Source: Antedon mediterranea | Taxonomy: Eukaryota > Animalia > Echinodermata | DNA length: 64,000 nt | Direction of reading: 5' to 3' | NCBI RefSeq assembly: GCF_964355755.1 | Contig: NC_092673.1 | Location: forward strand, 29,695,648-29,759,647 | Part shown: positions 27,029 to 39,128 of the stretch, piece by piece | Numbering within the stretch: position 1 is the stretch's first letter | How the letters are laid out: each line of letters starts with the position of its first letter | The notes under the pieces: generated by a model | What the model was told of the DNA's origin: nothing | Database searches by the model: none | The model's input: only the letters and a program-made list of their open reading frames with translations | Made by a program: the position numbers and the translations under genes

Positions 27029-28098
27029 CTAGACAGACAGACAGTCTAGACAGTTCAGACAGACAGACAGTCTAGACAGACAGACAGTCTAGACAGTTCA
27101 GACAGACAGACAGACAGTCTGGACAGTTCAGACAGACAGACAGTCTAGACAGACAGTCAGTCTAGACAGTTCAGACAGACAGACAGTCTAGACACACAGA
27201 CAGTCTAGACAGTTCAGACAGATAGACAGTCTAGACAGACAGACAGTCTAGACAGTTCAGACACAGACAGACAGTCAGTCTAGAAAGACAGACATTCTAG
27301 ACAGTTCAGACAGACAGACAGTCTAGACAGTTCAGACAGAGAGACAGTCTAGACAGAAAGCCAGTTCAGACAGACAGACAGTCTAGACAGACAGACAGAC
27401 AGTCTAGACAGTTCAGACAGACAGACAGTCTAGACAGACAGACAGCCTAGAAAGTTCAGACAGACAGACAGACAGTCTAGACAGTTCAGACAGACAGGCA
27501 GTCTAGACAGACAGACAGACAGTCTAGACAGTTCAGACAGACAAACAGTCTAGACAGACAGACAGTCTAGACAGTTCAGACAGACAGACAGACAGTCTAG
27601 AAAGACACAGTCTAGACAGTCAGACAGTTCAGACAGACAGACAGTTCAGACAGACAGACATACAGTCTAGACAGACAGACAGTCTAGACAGTTCAGACAG
27701 ACAGACAGTCTAGACAGACAAAAAGCATAGACAGTTCAGAGAGACAGACAGTCTAGACAGACAGGCAGTCTAGACAGTTCAGACAGACAGACAGTCTAGA
27801 CAGACAGACAGACAGTCTAGACAGTTCAGACAGACAGTCTAGACAGATAGACAGTCAGTCTAGACAGATAGACAGTTCAGACAGACAGACAGTCTAGACA
27901 GACAGACAGACAGTCTAGACAGTTCAGACAGACAGACAGTCTAGACAGACAGTCTAGACAGTTCAGACAGACAGACAGTCTAGACAGACAGACAGTCTAG
28001 ATAGACATACAGTCTAGACAGTTCAGACAGACAGACATTCTAGACAGTCTAGACAGTTCAGACAGACAGTCAGTCTAGACAGACAGACAGTCTAGACA
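27029..28098 (+). repeat. (AGAC)n/AGACAGTCTAGACAGTTC satellite; continues as a stub at 37509-37543 after the LINE nest
   Basis: ~1070 bp of agacagacagtctagacagttc variants. Confidence 0.92.
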
Positions 28099-29168
28099 TT
28101 CAGTTTCAGTTTTTATTTTCCAATATAACCAAGTGTCATGAATATATAGCAAAAATGGAAGGATGACCAAAAAAGAGCAAAGCTCGTACAGTATTTGGCC
28201 ACCTTAACAAAATAATTAATACATGATACAAACATAATTGAAGCACAGGACGAGACAATACAGCTAAACATGTTGGCATATGAACTCAAAGATAGTGCGA
28301 TAAAATCAAAAAAGCAAAAGAACAATGTACATGTAAACATATTTGTAACACTCATTGATAAGTTAAGAGCAAATTATTTTTATACAACTTTTTAAATACT
28401 TTGACAGCTGATGAATTACGAATAGAAGCATCAATACTGTTCCATAAAATTGGACCATGTCCTCTGATAGTGTTTCTACCCATATCGGTAACAAAATTAT
28501 AAGGACGATAAGTATCAAAGGACCTGATGCCATAATTATGAACTGAGTTTACTTTAACAAAATAATTAGAAAAGTTAGCTGGTAATAAATTATTCTTAAA
28601 TTTGTACAAGAAAACACCTTTTGATATCTTATGAATATCATACACAGTTAAGTTGTTAAGACTAGCAAATAATGGTGGTGAGTGCTCAAGGAATTGAGAA
28701 TTTGTGCATAAACGCATTATGCGCTTTTGTTTGCGATAAACAGTTTCAAGGCGACAGTTATTGTGGTCAGCCCAAATCAAGCTGCAGTATTGAATATGAG
28801 GAAGGACTAGAGTCTTGTATAAGGATGATAGAACATTTACATGTAAAATTGGTTTTAGCCTAAAAAGAATACCAGAATATTTTGAAACTAAGTTTGCAAT
28901 ATGGATTGTATGTTGATTCCAGGTTAAGCATTCGTCCATTTTTACACCAAGAAATTTACAACTAGTTACACGAGAGATGTTATTATTATCAATGAAAATG
29001 TCATAGTCATAGTCATAGTCATATATACTTTATTGTCCATTTAAAAAACAGAAATGTGATTTGAAAACTGACAAAATACAAAAATATAAAATACAATTTA
29101 CAAAAACACACACAAAAAGTTAAGAGGCTAAAAATTGTTAAAATTAGATAAAAATTATCGGTTACATT

Positions 29169-31441
29169 TTACCTTTGTACTCTGGAGTTATATAAGTGTA
29201 TAGCATTAGGTACAAACGAGCACCTAAACCGTTTTGTTTTGGTATTAAGTGCACGTAGTCTTATGCCAGAATTCATGAGAGCAAATTGTTTGTGAAGAGG
29301 ATGTGTTTCATCATCAATGATACTTTTTACTTTTTTTAACACATTTTCTTTATACAAGGATTCAACATCAGGTAAGTGCTCTCCTACTAGTCTAATTGCT
29401 CTATTTCCTATTCGATTAAGTTTAATTTTATCTTTTTGCATTGTATTACCATAAAAACAAACATTACAAAAAAGTATTACACTGAGAATTACAGAGTTAT
29501 AAAAAAATTTAAGTATAGTTTTGTCAATTTGTAGGTACTTCATTTTTCTTAAAATAAACATCCTTTGGTTGGCTTTGCATGTGGCTTTATTTACATTATT
29601 TATCCAATTTAGCTTATTGTCAACCCAGATATCATATTTGTACTCATTTACTACTTCAATGTCATTTTCATTTATAATCAGAGGTTCTAAGGGTTCTTTA
29701 ATTTTCCTAAAATCAATTTGCATTTCTTTTGTTTTCTTTATGTTTAGTTTCAGGTTGTTATTGCAGCACCAGTGATAAAAATCACATCCTAGTTGTCTAT
29801 AGCTTGTTTCATCATTGCCAGTAATGTATCCAGTGATGACTGTGTCATCTGCATATTTTACTATACAACATTCATTTGAATTGGCTCTGAAACTGCTGGT
29901 GAACAGTGAAAACAACATTGGGGAGATAACAGACCCTTGTGGCGTGCCAATGCTAACAGTTCTTTTATCAGATAAAATACCGTTTAGTTTAACATACTGG
30001 AACCTTTTTGTTAAGAAATTATATATCCATGAAGTCAATGTGTCGTTTACGTTCATTTCTTTAAGTTTGCGTACTAATGAACCAGGTTCAACGGTATTAA
30101 AAGCACTAGAAAAATCTATATACAAACATCTTACATATGATTTAGGCACATCTAAATGTTGGTAAATATTATGTAAGTGGAAGAGCACAGCATCTTCAAC
30201 ACTTCTATTACTCTGATAGGCAAATTGGAGAGGATCGAGAAACAATTTGGTCTGATCAAGCAACTGCCTAAGTACAATCTTTTCTAGGCACTTACCAACA
30301 TTGGATGTGATAGCTATTGGCCTATAGTCATTAAGTTCCTTGGGATTTTTTATCTTAGGAATAGGTGAGATACAGGCCGTTTTCCATTGATTGGGCACTG
30401 TACCACTTGCTAAACTCTCATTAAAAAGTTTGGTATATATCGGTGCCAACTCTTGGTTGCAGTATTTAATAACACGATTTCCAATTCCATCAGGGCCAGT
30501 ACTTTTACCAGGCTTTACTTTGGCGAATACATTACGCACATCAACTACATTTATGACTGCATTGTTTACTAATGAAGTCTCATTTTCGCGGATTTCTGTG
30601 TCTTCATTTTCATTTTTGATAACTAATATCTCGGATTCAAAACGACAGAAAAAGTTGTTTAAGTCATTAGCGAAGTTCTCACTTCCATGTACACGCAATA
30701 TGGTTTCTTTGTAGCCGGTTAGTGTTTTAATTGCTTTCCATGCTGCTTTAGGATTTTTGTCTTTAAATTTATTTTCTAGTGTTTTTTTGTATTTCAGTTT
30801 ACTATTTTTTATACACTTGTTTATTTCCTTTTGAATTTCCTTGACTTTACGAGTATCTTTTCCTCTATGCGCTATACGCTTATCTTGTAACAGTTTCCTT
30901 AGTTGGTTAGAGATCCATGGTTTTTCATTTGCATATATCTTTTTTGTTACTTTAGGTATAACCATATCAACACAAAAGGATATGTATGCTGAGATTGTAG
31001 ATACCCTTACATCAAGAATATCATCAACATCGAGCATAATATCCCAATCAGTACATGCTAGACAGCCACGCAACTTTTCAACCACCTCTGTACTCCACAA
31101 CTGCTGTTGTATAACTACTGGTTTTGACTGTTTTAATTTTGTCTTGTATTTTGGCATAATATGTATATTGTTATGATCAGAATTTCCAAGTTTTGAACAG
31201 ATTTTGCTTGTGTATGCATTTTTCACATTGCAGTAGCATAAGTCCAGTGTAGCACTGCCTCTTGTTTCTACAGAGATTGCTTGTTCATAAGTAGGTAGCA
31301 CATCCTTCAAAGTGCATTTGTTGAAGTCTCCTAGAATTATTTGTGGAGCGTCCGGTGCCATTGTTTCATACCGGTGAACAGTACTGGAAATAGTCTCACT
31401 CGCATTATCAATATTTGCATTTGGGTGTATGTAGCACACTG
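29169..31441 (-). pseudogene. LINE ORF2 (endonuclease C-terminal part plus reverse transcriptase), cut off from its N-terminus by an insertion
   Basis: Open frame with RT motifs; the N-terminal EN part lies at 34462-35021. Confidence 0.85.
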
Positions 31442-34400
31442 CAGGCCCGTAGGCGATTTTTTTTTTCGTAAGTTGGGGACCCCTCATGAAACGTCACAAA
31501 ATAAACATGAATAATTCATCAGTTAAATTTGTTGTTCCGTGTGCACCCAAGCGTATAGCAACAAGAAGTGATTTACACAACTGCGATACGATACTTTCTA
31601 CAGTAGGCCTAGGATTCTAAGTCAATTCACGTGATTGCCTTCGCGCACTCTTCTTCACACAAAATGTGTCGAGTCGAGGCTAATCGACAACTAGGCAAGA
31701 CATTAAACTAAGTAGTAATTCATTGGACATAGTCCAAAGAAAGCTTAGACCCACAAGAATAAAGAATGTGTATAATTTGTGTACTGTATTTTTTTAATTC
31801 TGCTATTTTATTATCAAACAATATGCATGTACTCAAAGGAACTTTAAAAATGCGCGTATATGAACACATGAGATGGGAAGTTTAGACCCACGAGAATAAA
31901 AAATGTATTTTTGTGTAATGTTTATTGTTTAATTTTGCTGACTTGTTACTCGGATTGTGTCATACCTAACACACACACGTCACACACACCCACACAGCTA
32001 CTACTAGAATAGACATGGGTTTAAAGACTATAATTAGGCCTAATAGTATTAATAGAAACTATAATTTTAACACGTAATTCTTTAGTAATAAATTATATTA
32101 AAAACACCATAAACTAAAGGCTGATTATTTCGACAATCCACACAAAACGCCGCTATTCTTCTATGAAATCGCACGCCGCAACAACAGCGGAGATAGGCCT
32201 AGAATCGTACCGCACTTGTGTAATCGCTTCTTGTTGCTATACGCTTGGGTGCACACGACGGAACAAGAAAATGTAACTGATGAATTATTCATGTTTATTT
32301 TGTGACGTTTCATGAGGGGGTCCCCAACTTATGTACGAAAAAAAAAATCGCGGCCCGTAGCCAGGGGGGGGGGGGTTTATGGTTCGGGCGAACCCCCCTT
32401 TACAGCGACCCCCCCTCCCCCTTAACCGACTGCGAACCCCTATCCCCGACATCCACAATACCTCACCACACCCTCATCTCTGAAAATCCTCCAAATACGT
32501 GCCCCACAATACAAAAGGTTGTTTGTAAATTGAAAAATTTGTAAACTCATTTGAATAACTCATACCTTATTGTTAAACAAATGAATTGGTTGCCGATTTT
32601 CACCTGAAAAATAATACGAATTTTTGGTCCCAGGATGTAACATGATATTGACGCGAGCTTGGGCACGAACGAATCGTACAAAGAACACCGCTAGACAACC
32701 GCGTACCTATTGTTTCGATCACTGGCAGTCAGCATGCATAAAGTATATAGCCTTCCGACGTACATCAAAAAATGGAACGCGGCGGTTACCTACAATATTT
32801 ATGTGTGGCTATGAAGTATAGTGTATCATCATCATAGAGGATTATAGTGAATTTAATATATTACACTATAATATCTATGGTATCATGTACTGTAGTTTAC
32901 ATTAGGCCTATGGCATTCGATTATTTTTTTCTAGACCACCAGCCGATACGTAGGCCTACTCAACTGTATCAATACCACCTATTTACATTGATATATTTAG
33001 TTTCCTCAACAAATTACTGTAAATAAATATAGATAGAGCTATCAGGGGCGGTCGCAGGACTATTTTAAGAGGGTTGCCCAAAGACTCCAGGGCTGTAGAC
33101 ACTGAGTATTTGAGCAAGCAAATTGTTAAATGACACCCCTAAATGGCCGCAAATAGTACTCTCGCACGTAAATTTATGATAATTTTTTTTTCGTTCAAAA
33201 CCACATTTTCCAAAAATTCATTTTCATTTATCCACTACAAAAGTGTTGTTTTAAACCACACTCAAAATAAAACAAAGAAAATAATGATAGGAAATTTGCA
33301 GAAAGAAGCAAACACGGTTCAAATTTTGGAACGTCTATAAATTACTACGGAAATTCGGCCTATTTACGACGAACGTACGGAAATGAAGATAAATAGGGTA
33401 CTACACGCATCGGAAATACAACACTATACGCACAATTATGATTTGGCCTAAACATTGGCCTTAGATTATGGAAAACCCCCGGCAAAACGCAATAATTATG
33501 GACAAATCGATTATTAGCCTTGGCAATATGCTTAATATTTAAAAGGAATGAATATAGGCTATATTTCGTTTGTCGATGAATTTTTTAAATCATGTGTGAA
33601 TGATTGATCCATTAGAGGTAATCTGTGATGGTTCTAGTAACACTGCTATGCGTGCGTAATTTGTGAATAACGTAGTAGTATGCTACATACATGAGCCTAG
33701 ATAGGGAGGATCTGTACTGTCGTTCATTGCGAGAGGAGGGGGAAGTCCGGTAATGTGTCATGAAAAATGTAACAAGCCAGAGATGAAATAAAATTACTAA
33801 CATTTAGCTGATTGTCGTTGTTTTAGTCGTCGTCAGAAGTTTATCGACCGACATCTATTTCTCATGTGTAGTAGAGCGTTTCTTTGATTGAATAATTTTT
33901 TTTGTATTATAACACAAGTTCATTTTGGATTTTCAGTAAATTACCAATTGTTTATTCAAAGTCAAACTGTAACTAATCCCTCACTATTCAATCAAAATGT
34001 TATTATACTACTATATTGTTGAAAATGGATTGCGTGACTTGAAAATAGATTGATAGTAAAATATAACAAAGACACGTTCTTGTCTGGTTATTAGGTATGC
34101 ATGCTCTGATAAAGCAGAGGATTATTTTTGTAGCGTTCCATTTAAAATAGATTTTATTACAAAGAAATATTTTGGTTGTGAAGGTCGTTTTAACAATTAG
34201 GCTAATATCAAAACAGTCAACAATGATAAAATGCCCTGCAACTCTGTAACTACTTTATGACTAAGCCTATCAAGTTCTGTGTCCGGATGGTATACGATGA
34301 AATGGAACTCAATTTCAATTTAGTGGCAGAAACAACATTTAGTATGAAATTAAGGCTGTTGCCCGGGCCACAAGGGAAACACAGTGACAGTGGGACAGTG

Positions 34401-34461
34401 ACCCAAATACTTAGTGTCCGAACCCCCCCCCCCCCCTTGACAGATCCTGGCTACGGCCCTG
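31442..34461. mobile_element. Non-autonomous hAT-like element with 5-bp TSD (hAT5-type)
   Basis: Ends caggcccgtag(ccagg) / cctggctacggccctg; TSD cactg at 31437-31441 and 34462-34466; removing it restores the LINE frame (LTV|CYIHP). Confidence 0.8.
31453..32351 (+). mobile_element. ~900-bp Mutator-like MITE (long TIR, 9-bp TSD), copy 1
   Basis: TIR gcgattttttttttcgta...gggacccctcatgaaacgtcac (~120 bp); TSD ggcccgtag at 31444-31452 and 32352-32360. Confidence 0.85.
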
Positions 34462-37400
34462 CACTGTAAGAAAAATTTGAGAAAATTCTCGTGGTAGATA
34501 GAAGGGTCTTGCACTTATGGTCAGTAATTCTATATCCGGCGTACAGAGTTGTTCACGTATCCTCCAGTTACTACACCATGCTTTATTTATATAAAAGCAT
34601 ACTCCTCCTCCTCGTTTTTTCCCCGACTCTACAGTTCTATCCGCTCTAGCTAATTCAAAATTACTTAGTACTAATTCGCTGTCAATAATAATATTGTTAT
34701 TAAGCCATGTCTCTGTGAAACACATCACTGAAGCTTCTCTGTATTCAACATGTGTTTAGAACATGCTCGGAGTTCGTCGATTTTATTTGACAGAGATCTC
34801 ACATTTCCTAAAATCATCGATGGAAGTGGAGGTTTAGACTTACGTTTTCTAAGGCGCTTTCGATTACCTCCACCTTTACCCCTTTTCCTTAACTTGACTT
34901 CCCGTGGAAACTGACAATAGTTTTCAGGTTTCGGGCTATCGTGACGCCTGAGCCGCAACAGTTCATTCCTGGCGTAGGATATTGTAATTGATACAGGCCT
35001 AGGCCTAGGCCTATGCCTAGACATATTGATACAGAAATCGGCGTGTACAAACAACTCAGAAAAAGACAGACGCATATATAAGTTCCTAAAAACATCTAGA
35101 AAAACGTACAGACAGAAAAGTATATATATAATGGGTGCATAAAGTGAGAAAAAGAACAATCTTATAGACAAATTTGCAATTTGTTAAGGTCATTGTAAAC
35201 ACGGTTACTATATCTGTTCTTAAAAATCATATAATTAGTTTTATTAGCATTAAGCGATAACTTATTTGCTTTAAACAAACTCGAGATAGTCGAGAGATCG
35301 GAATTAACATTATCAACTAGACGGTTTAAAACATTATCTGAAATTAAAAGGTTAGTGTCATCTGCATATAAAATAAGATTGGAATGTTTACAGATGTTTG
35401 CTAAATCATTAATGTAAATAATAAAGAGTAGCGGGCCTAAAATTGAGCCCTGTGGAACACCACAACAAATGTTTAAAGAAGAAGAACTATGATAATTAAA
35501 AGAGATATATTGCTTTCTATCCGTCAGGTAACTTCTGAACCAATCAAAGGCAACACCACGTATACCATAATGCTGTAGTTTCGACAGGAGAATGTCGTGA
35601 TTGACGGTGTCAAAGGCCTTTGAAAGGTCCAGAAATATCCCAAGAACATGCTTTTTCTTATCTAATTCAGAGATTATGTTATCATATGCTTGTAGAACAG
35701 CCATTTCAGTAGACATATTTTGGCGGAAACCAAATTGGTTCTCTTGCAAGAAGTTAAATCGAGAAAAATAATTATAGAGTCTTTTATGAATTATACGTTC
35801 TAAAACTTTGGAGAAAACGGGCAATACCGAGATGGGCCTATAATTGCTAAATTTATCAGTCTCACCATGTTTAAAGACGGGAATTATCTTGGCAATTTTC
35901 AGCTTCTCCGGGACAATACCGGTAGCTAGTGATAAATTAAAAATATGAACAAGTGGAGATGCTATTAATTCCCCAACAGATTTAATAATATCTGGTTTAA
36001 TGTCATCGAAACCGCTGCTAGCACCAGATTTCAGATTTCTGAATATTGTGAGTACTTCATCTTTATCAGTTGGTAAAAAAAACAGAGAGCTAACGGGTGA
36101 TTTTATGTTATTTATAAAATAATTAAAAGTAATATCAGATTGAGGAATTTTACGTAGGTATTCAGGACCGATGTTGACAAAGTAATTATTAAAGTTATCA
36201 GCAATAATTTGAGAATCAGATATATGTATATCATTTATTTAAAAAAATGATGATATGTGTTTATTGTTTTGTCTACCCATAATGTTATTGAGAACATTCC
36301 AAGTCTGTTTTGAATTAAATTTTGTTTCCTCAAGCTTTTCAGCATAATATTGCTGTTTAGAAATCCTGATTAAAGAAGTAAGTTTATTACGATAATTAAC
36401 ATACGACGTTTTGTTGGATTCAGTAGGGTTGCTTGCATACTTTTTGTATAATTTATCTTTTCGAGTTATTGATTTTAGGATCGCCGAAGTAATCCAAGGT
36501 TTTTGAGGAATACAACGACGCCGGGAATTGTTGTTGGAATGTTTAGAGATGGGAAAATGTACATTGTAGACCTCTGTGAATTTATCGATGAAAACATTAT
36601 ATGCATGGTCAGAAGAATCAAGATCAGTAATACAACTCCAATCAACCAAGCTTAAATTTTCAAAAAGTGTTGAATTCTAGTTTGGTTAAATAAACGAGTG
36701 GAAATTTTATTCGCGGTATTTGCGTTGCTAATTGGAGTTGATTTAGTGATTTGGTAAACAGGATAATGATCAGAAACATCGGCAATAACAACACCCGATT
36801 TTATATAATGAGTAAAAACGTTAGTGAAAATGTTATCAATTAAGGAAGCTGTTGAAGGGGTAATTCTGGTGGGTCTATCGATAAGAGGAAACATATTATG
36901 GTTATAAAAAATAGAGAGGAACTCATTAATAATGTGATTGTCATTAGAATGTAGAAGGTCAAGATTAAAATCACCGGATATATAACATTGTTTTTCTTCA
37001 GTATTAATTTTTGTGAGACAATTTGTAAGATCATAAAAAAATGTTTCACTATTGGTACGATGAGCACGATAGATATTGCCAACGACAATGTTTTTCCTAC
37101 CGGGAACTGTTATTTCGATAAAGATAGATTCAGAATGATCAAAGTGCTCAGACGGTTTGTAAATTAATTTTAAATCATTCCGAATTCGAAATGAGATTGT
37201 ATTATGAACATAGATAGCAACACCACCACTTCTTCTTCCACAGCGTGGTGTATTAACCAAGTTATAGTTATCTATGTGGATTAAATTGGAACCATCCTCT
37301 TTAAACCAGGTTTCTGATAAAGCTAGAATCGAAAAGGTATGGCTTAAACTAGTGAGGAAGGAACGTGCTAATCAGATCAACGTTTTTATTGAAACTTCGT

Positions 37401-37541
37401 GGATTGATATGTAAGATGGAAAAGTCCTTTTCACATGTAGCTGAGATGTTATGATCAAAGGTATAAGAACATGAATGTGGTATGTCATAATCAATTAAAT
37501 TATGTTTTGTCTAGACAGACAGTCTAGACAGTTCAGACAGA

Positions 37542-38415
37542 CAAGGCAAAACCACGTAACTCGTGTCAATTTTGAGATTTTTACATTTGGGGAATTATTA
37601 CAAATTTATGAACAACCTGTAAAAATTTCAGGTTTCAGAGATCATTATTTTTAGAGATAGTACCACGTATCTTTAAGCAAAAAACAAATAATTCTGATAT
37701 TTAGGCTTATTACGCTAGACAACTAATTTAATGTATTAAAATTTATTCTAAGAATTAACTATATTTACGAAAAATTTAGGCTATTATTTTTGACAAACCT
37801 ACCTAATCTAACCTAGAACCCCAGTACTGTCGTTGGAAGTAGGCTAGGCCTATCCTAGTAGGACGGCCGTCTTTGCATTGTTGTACTAGGCCTTGTAGTA
37901 GCAGACTAGTAGGTAGGCTATAATAAGTCTATATCATAAATAGGCCTAAGTAGATGCAAATGGCTAAGCCTAGCTTCAAATGCATTTTTTGTTAAGCCAA
38001 CCTAGTTTCTAGCCATCATTGGTGATCCCAGCTCTCCCTGTTGTTCAAAAAGAGTTTCAATCCATTGTTTTTAAAATCATCACAGTTACGTTGTTTTGTC
38101 ATGAAATGACCACAGTTACGTTGTTTGCCACAGAATATCGCAGTTACGTTGTTTTGCCTCAGAAATGACTTTCATTCTATGAACGTCATTTCCAAGGCAA
38201 AACAACGTATCTGTTAAAAGTGGTAATAACTTTCGATCAAATTGTTTAAATTATTTAACATTTTGTATTTAATAATAATTATTATTTATATATACTCATG
38301 CAAAATTTCACATCATTACGATAATTTGTTGTTGAAATGCAAACACTCAAACTTCAATTCAATTTTTCTCGAAAAGCAACATTTTGTAGTTACGTTGTTT
38401 TTTCTTGGAACGGCC
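37542..38415. mobile_element. Non-autonomous TIR element, left end truncated
   Basis: caaggcaaaaccacgtaact vs agttacgttgttttttcttggaacggcc; internal cagttacgttgttt repeats at 38083-38158. Confidence 0.55.
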
Positions 38416-39128
38416 GACTAACTGAGACTTAGAAAACGTAAGCATACTTTTTACAAGTGTATACGGTGTCATGTGTAGGACTGTAACGGTAGTCGTGTCG
38501 AGGGCCAAGACAATAACGATGGCACACAATTATTCAATGTACAAAATATAATATTTATTCAATCAATAAGTAATATTATAAAACAAGGTGAAACGTAGTG
38601 ATTCTGACTGATGTTATAGTCTCAAGAATCAATACCCGAACGAACTAACTTAACTACAAAACATATATTTATATTAAGGGGACAGGAAGGATGACTAATT
38701 ATAATTTGGTACCACATCCTGATTGACTTTCCTTGGAAGACCCACCTCAGGAATGTAGTGTTCCAAGTTAAGTAGGCATCGGGGAGAGTCAGGGGTGAAT
38801 AGCCTGTGTGACTAATAGGGTTTGGTCCCACCATGTTACAAGGACATAAAGTATTTAATCAACTGAACCGAGAATTACAAAATGTAATATTATCATTTTA
38901 CATTTTAATAAGCAGTTCACTTATTCGTTTTAGGTTTATCTATTTTTTAAAATTTTAATCAGTATGATACTTGTTGACTTTTATATTTCAATTTTCTCGT
39001 AATTTTAAGGGTCACTATCATCAAGCTCATTTCGATTTTTGTTTTGTCTTTCAGTCTTTTCATCGACCTTATTCTGATTTTTCTTTGATGATAACGAAGA
39101 TAAATTAAGAATATTTGATTCAATGAAA

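Larger units (their letters stand above)
29000..35181 (-). mobile_element. Inner LINE (Rex-Babar-like), near full length, interrupted by a DNA transposon
   Basis: N-terminus RKRGKGGG...PLPSMILGNVRSLSNKIDEL, then CFTETWL, GGGVCFY, RPFYLPREF; then the 772-aa ORF (GDFN, SDH, DFSSAFNT, PQGSVISP, KYADD); (GACTAT)n tail at 29000-29023. Confidence 0.9.
28099..37508 (-). mobile_element. Outer LINE (CR1/L2-group-like, APE endonuclease + RT), 5'-truncated and split by a second LINE
   Basis: EN (36652-37260: GGVAIYV, SGDFNLD, PTRIT, IDNIF, SDHYPV); RT (35162-35824: QFGFR, FLDLSKAFDTV, GVPQGSILGP, YADD); resumes at ~28999 (KFLGV) into ORF 28352-28939; AATAAA plus (CTGAAA) tail at ~28100. Several stops/frameshifts. 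Confidence 0.9.

Noticed and set aside
29521-31176. Several plus-strand ORFs of 84-116 aa
   Set aside because: Antisense shadows of the LINE reverse transcriptase frame.
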